Shown here: positions 49,842 to 61,900 of the stretch, in pieces
How the letters are laid out: each line of letters opens with the position of its first letter
Numbering within the stretch: position 1 is the first letter of the stretch
Assembly: GCA_905178155.1 (NCBI GenBank)
Contig: CAJINV010000004.1
Span: 3,567,320-3,631,319, forward strand
DNA: 64,000 bases
Direction of reading: 5' to 3'
DNA from: Amoebophrya sp. A120
Lineage: Eukaryota; Protista; Dinoflagellata
Translations under genes and position numbers: made by a program
Notes under the pieces: model-generated
Database searches by the model: none
Told to the model about the DNA's origin: nothing
What the model saw: the letters and a program-made list of their open reading frames with translations, nothing else

Positions 49842-50925
49842 ACTCGTACTGGCGATCGTGCTCCGCCGCCTCCGCCGCGGCAACGGCGAGCGCCGTGTTG
49901 CGGTCCCGGAGGAGGCGGAGAATTTCCGAGATCGTTTGCCGCCTGTCCCGAAGAAGCTCCTGGTCGAGCTGAGATAGTGTTTGTTGTTCTTGAACACCTC
50001 CGGCCGAATTTGTACTGCTAACGCTTGACCGCCCGGCTGTTCCTGCAGTTCCAGACCCCGCAGGAGCTACTGCCCAGGGGTTTTTCTGTCCTTTCGCGAA
50101 AGAGACCACACCGGCGTGGATCTCATTCAAGGAATCGACCACTTGGTCCAAGTGCTGTGCATCGGAGGACCCTCGCTCAAGAACATCTCCCGGTGCGGCC
50201 TGGTTAGCGGCGCTGGCTCGGAGGCCCTTGTCAGAGGCGATGGAGGTTTTGGAAAGCGTGGAACTACCGGGAGCAATGGCGGCAGCGGGCAGCTGGCCAG
50301 TAGCTTGCTCCTCAGGTGGTCTTTCTGCTTTCTCCGCACCAGTGTCCTGTAGTTGTTCCTCCTCATCTTCCTCCGGAAGAGCGGGCATAAGGCTGATCGG
50401 CTGCTTCATACTCATATTACCTCCCATCATCTCCGAAGAACTACCGGGACCACCACCGTCGAAGGCGGAGGATGGAAACGGGTTGGCCGCCGACAGTGGA
50501 ACTCCTGCCATCATGTTGCCGTAATCGTCCAACATATTACCGTGGTCGTGGATCTCGAACTTCTGTTGCTGTAAGCGAAACGCGTCTAACGTCAGTGGGG
50601 AAGAAACGTCCGAAAAGTGGTATTTCGCGTCCAATGCATTCCGGAAGCACCGCAGCGCCTGCTGGCCCTGCTGCATGGTTTTCATGCGCTTTTTCCACAG
50701 ATTCTTGTCCCGGTCCGAAAACAAGCCCTCGACTTTGGTATCTTTCGACCAAGGAGCATGCTCGTCAGCGCAGGACTTGTAGTTCAGAGGATACCCAGTC
50801 GCAACATTATTCAGCTCGTCGACTTCCGCCTGCTTCAAATTCGACTGAGGGGAAGCCAGCGACAGCGGGGACGACGCAAGATGTTCTGAAATCTGACACA
50901 CTGTGGTGCCTGCACCACCATGCAC
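49840..50925 (-). CDS. Uninterrupted ORF fragment filling the second repeat-bounded cassette (unknown, possibly gag-like)
   Basis: 361-aa open frame; its stop codon is formed at the junction with repeat copy 2 and its N-terminus runs through repeat copy 3. Confidence 0.45.
   Translation of the reverse strand: MHGGAGTTVCQISEHLASSPLSLASPQSNLKQAEVDELNNVATGYPLNYKSCADEHAPWSKDTKVEGLFSDRDKNLWKKRMKTMQQGQQALRCFRNALDAKYHFSDVSSPLTLDAFRLQQQKFEIHDHGNMLDDYGNMMAGVPLSAANPFPSSAFDGGGPGSSSEMMGGNMSMKQPISLMPALPEEDEEEQLQDTGAEKAERPPEEQATGQLPAAAIAPGSSTLSKTSIASDKGLRASAANQAAPGDVLERGSSDAQHLDQVVDSLNEIHAGVVSFAKGQKNPWAVAPAGSGTAGTAGRSSVSSTNSAGGVQEQQTLSQLDQELLRDRRQTISEILRLLRDRNTALAVAAAEAAEHDRQYE
50841..50898 (+). repeat. 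Direct repeat copy 3 of 3
   Basis: 58 bp identical to 47864-47921. Confidence 0.95.
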
Positions 50926-52278
50926 AAGAGATCCCTACCGTGGTGTCTTCCGTTGTAGATCATCTTCCCTTTTTGCGTCTCCCGCGGAAGTTCGTCCCTC
51001 CCCGACCTGGAGCTCGTCCGTTGTAGATCGTCCCTCCCGCGTTTCTTCGTCATTCCCCGACCTGGAGCTCGTCAATACGCCGTACCAGCGACGCAGGGGG
51101 TGCTGCGGCAGATCACCGTGGACCCCGGGAAACGCCGGCCGCTACCGCGAGCTGGAACCCCCGACGGCAGGACAGGACGCGGCACCACAGTGTCGTCCTG
51201 CACCCCCCCCGCGATGATGTCAGGTCCCATTCCGGTGATCCTGGGGGGGCAACTGGGTAAGCGCCTGGGGGCACGAGAGGACCGCTGGAAAGAAACCACA
51301 CCACAGTCTCCCTTAGCCGAGGGTGGTATACTGCCAAAAAGAAATAGGCCTGTGCTCTCCTTTAAGAAGACAGCTTTCAACAACGTCTTTATGCCTGAGC
51401 AATCTTTTGGTACAAAAAAGCTTGACTATAGCCCTATTCGGAAGTTCCCTGCTCTTCGTGAGCAACTTGTTAAGACGAGCCGAACTGTGACATGGCCAAA
51501 GATCTTGTGTGTTCATCACGGTCCTGCCACGACTAGGATAAAGAAACCCTGAAGATGAATACACAATGTGAAAGAACCAACTGAGAGGCAATCGGTGCAC
51601 ATCGACCCCCACGCATTTTTGTACCTACCGTACACATCTTCACAGCAGGCACGATGAAGTCCACCAGGAGCTTCATTTCTTGAGAGTAAAGTACAACTTT
51701 TCGTTCCTTCTACTGCAGATTGTGGAGTAGTACATCACGAAATCCTTGAGCGATAGGTATCTAATTAGGCAGCGCTGGAGAGGTTTTGTTTTCCTGAGAG
51801 CATGAGCATGGCGGTCGGCGGTCGCTTATGGTCTTCTGTATCGAACCGGAAGATTTTTGCCCCGGAGAAAGGAAGAGCGCACCATCGAGGGCTTAAGTAG
51901 TCACTGTGACTTTTCGAGAGGTTTTCGTGAAGCGCATCGGAACTGAACGTGCTAAAGAAGTTGTACCCCTGAAAAGCACCAGCCACCGTAGTACTGATAG
52001 ATTTCAATGGCTCTTGCTGCACTCTCTTCAGTACACAACGATATCGATAAATACACTTCGTGGGTCTGTCAAAACTTCCACACTACGACAGGGCATCAAC
52101 ATCATCGTATTGACATAATTATTCGTGTGAAATAAATCGAGCGTCCCGATAGAAATCATGGGCCCGAGATTCCAATGGAATATTCCGCCAAAACTACCCC
52201 TCTTTCTAGAAAGACCACTTCTAAATGAAATTAAAATGTAGGGTACTTTTTTTTTTGACAACATAATGGTTTGAAGCG

Positions 52279-55134
52279 ATGGTTTTGGAGGAGGCTCTAT
52301 CCTGCGTAAAAACGTCTTCACCCCAGAGTAAAGATGCGAGGAACTCTGCGTACAAAAATCAACAAGTTTTGGCTGATGTTGCGCATGACAAGTTTGGGCT
52401 CGTCGTAGGGCAAGAGTCCGATGTTTAACCAGAATCGATCAGCTCATCCTGATTTTAGCATGACAAACTCACTCCCGGGCAACATCAGAATACGGAGCTT
52501 CCCATGGGGCTGCGTATGAGAAACGTCTCTAGGATTGCAGATTTGCATGACAAATTCGGGGTGGGGAGGTTTTTGCTCGGGATACGCTTTTATTCAGAAG
52601 TGCCGCGAGGCCTTCAACACATTCGATGCCGAGTATGACAAGAAAACAGAGCGTCAGGGTCAAAGACATCAAGAAGTAATTGCATCATATGTACGTTCTG
52701 CTTCTGTTGATGTTGTGTATCAGGAAATTGTACGCTTCGTGCTAGGACGTGGACGAGGAATAGTGAATGCACATCAACTCCTGCCTGCATGTTGTCCTGA
52801 TCCTGACGTATTTGCAATGCATAAAGCTGGGTCGGGGACTATCGACACACAAGGTACTACAGACGGCTGCTTTTTTTTTTTCTTTTCGTGCCCTGGAGAA
52901 CGAAGTTCTTGCAGTAAACGTAAAGTTTGCATGGTTACCACGGTCTGTTTCTAGAATGAAGAAAATCGAAATACCGCTAAACAGAGATGAAGCTTCTGCT
53001 GGAGTCAATTGGCGAGTCACTCACAGAAGAGGAGTATCTCACAGAAGATTTTTACCAGTAGCGTAGCACAAACTTTTTGTCATGCGTAAAAAAAGGAAAA
53101 GCATGATTGGGTCATTTTGCGCAAGACAGGTATGGTTTGGTTGAAACAAATTTCGTGTTCGATCATAATGGGCAAAAATGTAATCATGGTGGTAAGCTAT
53201 ATTTCGTTTTCGACACTAGACGCATGACAACAGAAGTGTGCTATGCTAGTAGCGGTTTTTGTTGGTATACGGAGCTCTTTCGGTTTATGGCGGACGTCGA
53301 CGAGGACGGGACAGGAGAAATTGGTACAGTCACTAGAGTTTTATATATTCTTGTACATGGAAATCTTTCCAGCACTCACAGGTTCAGTTGTGTTTGTGAT
53401 GCAAAACAGTTGATCGAAAACCAAATCCAAATCGTCTTCAGTGTTGATTGATCACAAACCATGGCAACACCACACAGAATTTGCGGAATTCCTGCGAGCA
53501 TTCGAGAAGCAGAGGGGATATGAAATGCAAATAGGTCGGCGGGGTCTGGAAGATTGCAAGACTTGTCATGCTTCGCTGATAAGACTAAGAGTCAAAAGCC
53601 TGCTGTCATGAGCGTCGCGAGACAGTGCCCTATGCTTGTCGGGTAACTAGTACAGTGCGATGATCTGATGTCATGCGCTTTTCACAAGTAGACGTAAAGT
53701 TGCCCAAGAACTTGTCATGTATGGCTCCCTGCTGTTGGGACTCCAGTCGGCCTCGCTGCCATTACACATCAGCATCACAAGAACTTTCCAGACCTCCCAG
53801 ACACACTTGCGTTTGATAAGGGAGTCAATGTAGCGATTGAGGACGAATTGGACACAATTGACGCGTTCGTGGCACTCGGTATAGCTGCAATTCTTATAAT
53901 CATCCTTGTGCATAGTAGGTGGAACTGAACAAAGGAGAAATGGAGGGTGAAGATAAATGAAAAATTTTTGATGCTGGTGCTGACGCGTTGTATAAATACA
54001 CAAGTTGTACTTGTAGCATCTGCTACTTTTGTGTTCATCTTCATGCATGCATGATCGATGCTGTGGGCAATATCGGTATTTTGTACTAGCTTGAAAAATA
54101 AATGAACTCTCCAGGCGGAAACGAGGACAAGTCTGGGTTCGTCGAGCAGAAGAGGCTTATCAAATGTAAAAATGTCTGGGTCTGGAAGAATGCAACTTGT
54201 CATGCAGGTTTTTCATGACAATCGAGGTCTGGAATGCGGGACCTAGCATGACAGAGTCTGAGACGTCTCTGCCATGCCTATCCTGCATGAGAAACTTCCT
54301 CCAAACTTGGTCGAAACTGGACAGCTTTTGGCACTCGTGCAACACAGATTTCTGCATGATTCGATTTTAGCATGACAAGTTGCATTCTTCCAGACCCAGA
54401 CATTTTTACATTTGATAAGGCTGGTGGCCGTCGTAAAAGAGGAGTTCGGTATGACCATCAATACGCGGGAAAAAAACTGTGTCAATCTCAATGTTTTTGA
54501 TGACCGTTCCGCAACACAAATCACACTGTCGCATAGTTAGTGGAAATATGCCTGTGAAGATGTTGTTGCGTCATGATTCATGTGTACAGCTAAGCAGGGG
54601 AAATAAAAAGCACCACCACCTGAATGGGCCGAGCTTGTTGTCGAGCATGATAAAAAAATGTATCAAGGAACAACTTCCGCAGTGCAAGTTGAGACTGATT
54701 TGCAGTTTTTTCCCTGCGATAGTCCAAATCGACCGATTAGTGGACGAGCTCGACAAGGATGGGGACGGAAAACTGTCTATCCTCAGTAAAGATACCCCTC
54801 CACCCCAGACTTGTCATGCAAATCTGGATGCCTAGATGTAATGCGAATGTAGTTTCTCATGCGCAGCACCACAAGGAGCATTTTCTTTTTCAGGTTGTGT
54901 TTTGGATTTTGTCATGTCATCATTGGGACAAGGCGGTCGATTTGTAATTCGACTGCACAACTCTCTAGATACGATTACACTTCGAAGTCAACAAGCCTGG
55001 TGTTATGCGCAACGTACAAAGCTTGGTGGTTTGTATAGCAAAATCCCCATTATCCACTTGAGTCTAGAAGGGTCGTGGGGAGGTTTTTTCTCAGGATGCT
55101 GGCCTACGACGAATTTGCGGCACTGTTTATCTAA
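52279..55134 (+). CDS. EF-hand calcium-binding protein, outer-arm dynein light chain 4 (18 kDa)-like; 11 exons
   Basis: Reconstructed: CREAFNTFDADGSGTID..EMKLLLESIGESLTEEELFRFMADVDEDGTGEIEFAEFL..DTIDAFVALGGNEDKSGFVEQKRLVAVVKEEFGMTIKIDRLVDELDKDGDGKLSYDEFAALFI*. 7 introners + 3 GT-AG introns; not visible in the ORF track. Confidence 0.85.
52298..52584. mobile_element. Introner family C
   Basis: DR GGCTC/CGCTT. Confidence 0.82.
52634..52823. mobile_element. Degenerate family A-like introner
   Basis: Ends TTTGCAATGCATA; DR fully eroded, but a 195-nt removal restores EF-hand 1. Confidence 0.6.
53035..53269. mobile_element. Degenerate introner
   Basis: TAT...ATA, imperfect IR; DR AGGAG/CGGAG. 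Confidence 0.7.
53519..53818. mobile_element. Introner family A (diverged)
   Basis: DR GGGGA/AGGGA. Confidence 0.8.
54158..54417. mobile_element. Introner family A (inverted relative to 6649), perfect 48-bp TIR
   Basis: DR AGGCT/AGGCT. Confidence 0.95.
54462..54721. mobile_element. Introner, family F-like
   Basis: GGGAAAAAA(A)CTG/CAGTTTTTTCCC IR; DR ATCAA/GTCCA. Confidence 0.72.
54778..55098. mobile_element. Introner family C (diverged)
   Basis: DR CTGTC/CTGGC; right end ATG. Confidence 0.75.
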
Positions 55135-55978
55135 GAGGGAGAAGACAACCTCGAAACAGTCGTCCAACAGAAAATTTACAGTACTCTGATTATGCGAAAG
55201 TTGCTTAGATGAACATCTTCGATTTCCTCTCACTGAATATGCAAACGTTAAACCTATCTATCAAACAAACAACGGTAAATATGATCCAACGGTATCACAG
55301 ACAGGCGAGTTGTAGTAGTACTATCCTACGAACAGTACGATAAAAAAAGTGTGCGTTGCACTACCCCGCAAAACTAAGCACGACATCTCTTGCGCAAACG
55401 CTTTCTCTGCCTGAACGAACTTGTAGGGTCCACCCGCACGGCCAGAAGAACTTTTGCTCCTGCCCCTCTTCAACAACTAGGACACCAGAAATAATTCAGT
55501 TGTGTGCTCCCTGTACATACTACGAACTAGTATAGCTACTTCTTCTGGGTAATACTACAACGAAGAACTATTGTGAACGCTTCGGGAGGTGGAAGCAGGT
55601 CGCACTAGGTGGCGGTTCTGGTTTTCCTGCAACTACAGTGTTCAGCTTGTTACTCTCGGAGAGACAATATGATGCAAAAGAAGAAGCCGCCTGTTGATTT
55701 TCTCAACGCCCTTAGCACGGATGCTGCTTGAGAGAAGAGTAGATAAGTACATGGCAAAGGCAAAAGGCGAGCGCAACGTCAGAAGTACAAACGGAATAAT
55801 GAGCGTTGGCTTTTAGAAGTATTTGAACACTTACAAGCGGACGAGGCGTTAGCGTTGCCCATGTTGAATATTACGCGGCGCCAAATATTAAGCGAAATTT
55901 AGCTGTGGTAGTTTCATTGGCTCACCAGACTTCTGGTGTAGTCTCATTCCTTATCTCACGCGGCCGCAGTAGAAAACC

Positions 55979-57955
55979 ATGTTGCTTCGCCTCCAAGAGC
56001 CCGAGGTGGGATCCACCCTGCGGGTGCGAGTCGCGGAGGTGTGTCCTAGATTGCGGTGGAAGAGGTTGGAGTTGATACGGATTGCAAATACCCCTGGAAC
56101 AAGTCTGGAAAGTTGTAATGCTAGAAGTACATGAATGAAAAGCTGACTCCAGTACGCAGCCACACATGATAATTTTCGTAGTGCACAATTCGCATCAGAA
56201 ATCCCGTTTTTCCCTGACAAAGAGACAGCGTACTGCATAGCATTGCATCCATCACAACGCTCGGGGGTACTTACTAGTATTCGGATCCAGCATTACCGGT
56301 CTTGCAATCTTCCAGACCCAGGCTGCATATTTGCACTTGATAATTGAGTGTCGGAGACTACGACGCACCGGTAGAGATAGAAAATACTGCGGCGAGCTCT
56401 TCGACAGCAGGTATGCGTATGTATGATTTGTATTGTACCTCGTCCATCAATAGATTCAGCAGTCGAATGGAAAGAACGCTGGGAGAAAGTTTAACGTAAT
56501 ATGCGGCATGCTGTATTACTATTACATTTACAACAAGAGCAGTGATTTTTCTTCTACATGTTTGTCGTGCTCGTGCCCCCTTTACTTAGATAAATGTAGG
56601 TCTTCTAAAATAAAATCATGTGAAAGGTCGCTACGAATTCCGGTGTCGTCCAGAGGATCAGTTGAGAATCAAGATCGAAGTGGAGGAAACCGACGACGAA
56701 GCAGGGTCTTCAACCGGCAGCAGAGCGTCGAAAAACAGTTTGTTTTCGTGCTGTTTTTCCCCTTCCTCAAGAGCCCGGAGCGGAGCCCTAGCGAATGCGA
56801 GCAGGACAGCCGGCGCGGGGACGACAAGCAAGAACGCCGGTAGCAGCAGCGGCGCGGGGTCGTGCTACTTGGAAGGATGCGCGGTGGCCGTGGTGGCGGA
56901 GCAGCTCCCCGTGACGCATACCATTTCGCTGCAGAAAATGTCGGATCACGCCGGTCGTGGCGGAGGTAGATTTTTATTGTTGCTTGTCTGTCGTGCAACT
57001 CAGGAGTACTTTTGTACGTACACTAACAAGATGAAGATCATCATGCTGCAGGTGCAGCAGATTTTAGAATTTAATACGCTGTTGAGGTCGTGTTCGTGAT
57101 ATGTAAAAGAGAAATTATGGTGAATATTGAAACAGTCTCGCCAGCCGCAGCATTGGCGTCCTCCCCTCTGACGAAAAGCCCTGTTAACAACGCCTCCTGC
57201 ACGAGCTTGCTCCGCAGCACCAGCAAAAATCAAGCCTACGTGAAGATTGAGCTGGCTTGGGCCAAGGACCTGTTCTCCGTTATGTCGGGAAAAATAAACT
57301 GTGTCGGTCTACTACCATAAACCTTTGCACAGTCTTCAGCAAGCGAACAAAGTTGCGAAGCATGGTTATACAGCTCATAGTACTTCTCAAGCAGAGATGC
57401 TGAAAGCGGCAGAAAAAATTATACACACGTATATCAATGACTCTGACTTGCTGTACGTACGTCGAACAGGACAGAATTTTTTTTGAGACTGAAACAGTAG
57501 TTTTTTCTTGCGATATCCGTTCCCGAGTACGTGATCGGAGCCTGCGCGACCACGGGGGACGCAGTGGGCACTGGAAAAGTGGCTTCCTCTTTGGCGAAGT
57601 TGCTGCAGGATGTAGCCAGCAGTGGGGAAAGCAGTGTATCAAATGCAATTGTAAGTGTGTCTGGGTCTGAAAGTAGATGAAAACAGACCTTTTCCATGCA
57701 ATTTTTGTGTGCAAAAAGTAAGAACAAACTTCGCGGAGGCGTCATGTTCTAAGACAGCATGAAAATGGATGCCTTCTCCTAGACCAAAAAATCGCGCATC
57801 ATGATCTCCTGGCGGCTATGCAATACAGGTTTTTATTGCCTGTTCGACAATCCGTATCACAACGTTCCAGACCCAGAAAAAATATTTGCAATGCATACAG
57901 TGTCCGGGACAACAACATAGACGCTGGCGGAGGGTCCTGCCGTGCCACGAACTAA
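55979..57955 (+). CDS. Hypothetical protein
   Basis: Frames join across introners 56076-56342, 57281-57515 and 57637-57897; the internal GT-AG boundaries are approximate. Confidence 0.55.
56076..56342. mobile_element. Introner family A (diverged)
   Basis: DR GTTGA/ATTGA. Confidence 0.75.
57281..57515. mobile_element. Introner, family F-like
   Basis: DR TCCGT/TCCGT. Confidence 0.78.
57637..57897. mobile_element. Introner family A (diverged)
   Basis: DR CAGTG/CAGTG. Confidence 0.85.
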
Positions 57956-58977
57956 AGGCCGTCTACCGTGCCACGAACTAAGGGCCCGGGTCCTTGTGAA
58001 GGATGTATCTAATAGCATCATCTTCAAAGCTTATTTTTATAATTCCACTTTTCGTTTTCTTCTAATTCTATTGCACCAAATTGATGTACCCCGCACGCTC
58101 GCGTGTCTAGTGAAGACGGTACATTACCGTGAAAAGGACAACATGAAGTTTCAAGCAGCAGCGCTAAGCTTGCTCTTTCGCCGTGAAGGTTCGCTTTATT
58201 TACAAGTTTCACGTTTCGAACTCAATACGATACTATGACGACGCTGTCGTGCCACACCCGTTTTTGACGACATGGCAGAATTCATGGCTGAGATTCTGAA
58301 AATGACGCGGCTTGATGGATAGTGACGGCATGTTATGACACACTCACACTCGTCAATGGGTGATCTTCTCGTGTGAAGGTTTCTGAGGACAACAAACATG
58401 AAACGAACAAGCATCGAAATCTGTATTTTTGAAAAGGATCATGATGATTTTTCTTCCACCTCGGCCGGCCCTGGTCCCTCGAGGTCTTCCGGTGACAGTT
58501 GTCTTGTTGATTTCGGATTGATAAGAACGTTTGTTCCTCTCTTGTTATTCGCATGCTTGGCATGCGGACGTCGAGAAATTGCGAAACAAAATGGCATTTG
58601 AAAATTGGCCCTGAGGTGGTCTTGTCTTCTTCCCAAACCAGTCTAGAGTGCCACTTCGGGCTTTAGAGCTTTCTTTTTCGGAGTCTAATTGAGCGAGCGT
58701 GGCGCCACTGCAAAGCTGCCAGCCTTTTGCTGCGTTGAGATGAAGGGGCTTTCGTTTCTTCATCAATCAAAATCAATAGTTCATCTTTTCGCAGTTTTAT
58801 AATGTTGGCGGTCTAGTATTCATTCTCTACTTTGCAGCGACGATGTTTATTTTGGTGAATTTTAGCAGCGACAGAGCATAGGAAAGATGAAGCGTTGCAA
58901 ACTGTTTATCATTTCATGATGTAGCTCACGCAACTTGAGCTTGACGTTGACCTGCTCCGCAAGCGCCCAAGCAGAAC

Positions 58978-61900
58978 ATGGCGGGCGGCGGGAGCGAGCC
59001 CGCGGCAGCCGAGGATGTCTTGGGGTTTATGTCTCCCATGTCAGAAGTATCCTCCGAGTTCTTGTGCACAACTACCTACTACTCCCCCTCATCGTGCAAG
59101 AGAAATGGTGGGAAAGAAGCCGCTTGAGCATGAAAAATGCACAGCCACAAGATTCGACATCAAATTCGTCCTGTTGCATCCGCTTCATCTTCCGCGAAAC
59201 TAGGAGTCTGTCATGCATGGTTGCGGCGAGAGGGAACAATAACAAAGGATGGAATGGGTGTTTGGCATGAGAAATGAGAATGAGAATGAATAAATTGAGT
59301 TCGTTGTCCACTGTCATAGAAAGCGAGCTCTGTTTTATCGTAAGGAAATATCCCCCCTCCCCATATTGAAAACACATTCGTCTGAAAATTTCTGATGCAG
59401 ATTTGAGGTCACACATCCTGTCTGTCTTGCAAGAAGGCAAAGCCAGAGAGTCCGCCGCATTATGCCGGCGGTTTGTGATGCTGTTGGGCTTACAGAGCCG
59501 ACATCTGTCATGCTAGTCCCCTACGTCAAAACCTCTCGACCCAGGCTCGGCATATGCCTGCAGTCCTCTGCAGCAAGACAGACTTGATTTGTGTACGCAA
59601 ATCCAGCATCAGAAACTTCGCATCTTATGGGGAGGGGGGATTTTTCCTTTTGATATGTTTCCGCGTCTCCCGGAGTCGACGGCGAAGAAACAGACGACAG
59701 CCACTCCCTTATCCCGTGTAAAAACATCCCCACCCCAGAGTTGTCATGCAATTCTGCATGCCAAAAAAGTTTCTCATGCGGAGCCCTAGGAGAAGCGATT
59801 TCTATTCGTGTTTTGGAATTTGTGATGCTAGAATCAGCATGCTAGGATAGATCTGTGATGCTTCTAAACTAGCGAAATAGGATTACACTACGAGGACAAA
59901 CTTGTCATGCCAAACAACCAAAGCTGGTTGATTTGTCTAGCAGATTTCCCATCTTGACTCTGGTGTGGGGACGCTTTTAATCAGGATATCCCTATCTGCT
60001 ATGGTACTTGTAAACACGTACGACCCATCTTCCCGTATTCAAGACGCCGGCTTTGCGTACAACAAGAGTCAAGAGCTTGTGGCTTATGTGCGTGACAACT
60101 AACTTCGGGCTCATAGTGTAGTAGTTGTGGTTAGTACGCCTGGTTGTGCATTCCTTCGCAGCACATCAAATCCACTTCGTTAAGATTGATCCTGGGTATT
60201 AGAGCATGACAAATTTGTTTCAACCAGCTTTGTAAAGAGAAAATGTTCCTCATGGATTTTTCTTGGTAATGGAGATTTGCATGACAAATAAATATGGGAA
60301 GATTGGTACATTTTTACTCTGGGTATCTGCCGAGATCGACGCGGCACTCGCCCGTGCCGGGGACGGAGCCGGCTTTCTCGGATACGCATTGCAAATATGT
60401 CCGGGTCGGGAAGATTCATTGCAACTTGTCATGACATTCAATATTTGAGAATCGCGCAAAAATCTGTGTTGCATGAACGCCAAATGTTTCCCCTTCTTGC
60501 CACACAAAAAGCGAATTTCTCATGCGTGATAAGAAGCTGGTGCACAATCTGTGACCACGCTTTCTGGGTGCATTCCAGACCATCTTCGTTCTCCACGAGA
60601 TGCATGACAAACCTTGCACTCTTCCCGACCCAGACATCTTTGCCATGCATATCGGAGGGAAGAGTGCAAAAAGTCCGGCCGCTGCGAAAAGTACCGCTAT
60701 GTTTTTTGACGTGGTAGATTAAGAATGAAATAGCGTTATTTACAACCTCGTTGACGAGAAGTCTATCCGTATCTAGTAAAGGAAGCAAGAGAAAAACCCC
60801 AGTTTCTTAGACGATTAAATGCAAAAAAAAAAAAAACTTGCAGAACTCTCGGAGCTGAACTTCGAGCTGACGTTGAAACCGGAAGAATATGCCCGGGGAA
60901 AAAGCCAGCGTACCACATTTGCATAAGCAAAAATGAACTACATTACTTTCTTTTTGCATGGCCTACACGAAACCATACTCTGGGGGTACCCATGACAGAT
61001 TTCTTTACTACCTTTCGGATGTACAAATGTGCAGCCCTGCAGCTAGCTTTTTTCTTCGGGATAAAGGAGCCATTTTGAAAAGCGAAGTCGACAAGGCGGC
61101 TTTCGAGGTGCAGCTGGAGCATGTATCCAGGAAAAAAGCTGCGGTAGTGTAACTTTCTTGGGGTGACAGCATCACAAATTCGCTCTGCATGAGAGAGAAA
61201 ACCTGTTACGCATGGCTAGAACGTGAAGAAAACCAAAACACACACAAGAACAGGACCACTTCGTGGTTGTCTGGCATGACAAGTGTAACTGTGTTGCATT
61301 TTGTTCATCTGCATCACAGACTTACACTAACACAGTTTTTTTCTTGCATAGCATGCGAGATGGATGCACAAGCAGGAACTGGAGCGGGAGCGAAAACAGA
61401 GCCAGGAGGTATCCGAGTGCACCGAACTCTCCAACCCCCTCATTTGTCATGCGAACACGCAATTTCAGTCATTCTCATTGCATATGCATTGCAGCCATAG
61501 CTTGCGTTACAAGCTGCAGCTGCATCCTAAGAACAGTACTACAATCGGAGTCCTCTAAATTTGCCATGCGAATAAAGCAGCTAGAGTTCTGCCCTTGTCT
61601 GTGTTGCTGTTCCTCGTGGGCTTTAGGTTGGGAGTCGAGTTGTGCACTCTCATACGAGGCTTTGGCCGTGCTGAAGCAGGAAATGGACCGCAAACTGCTC
61701 ACGCACTACGAAATGGCAAGTATGTCTTGGTCGGGAAGTAGAGTGAAACTTGTCTTGCGTGTTGGCAAATAGAGCTTGGTGTAAATGTTCAAGAATGAAA
61801 TTTGTAAAGCGGGCTAATACAGTGGCGCACGGGCATGCGAAAGCACAAGGTTCAAGAAACTTGTCATGCGCGGCTAGTCTGGTAACCAAATGCGTGCGCG

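Noticed and set aside
47852-50898. True CRISPR array or LTR retrotransposon
   Set aside because: Only three repeats, 1-1.9 kb spacers, no cas genes, eukaryotic context; no TG..CA ends, RT or integrase. Kept as an unexplained cassette array.
57940-57981. 16-bp duplication CCGTGCCACGAACTAA at a stop codon; similar short duplications near 50950-51073
   Set aside because: Too short to assign function; consistent with local slippage or repair.
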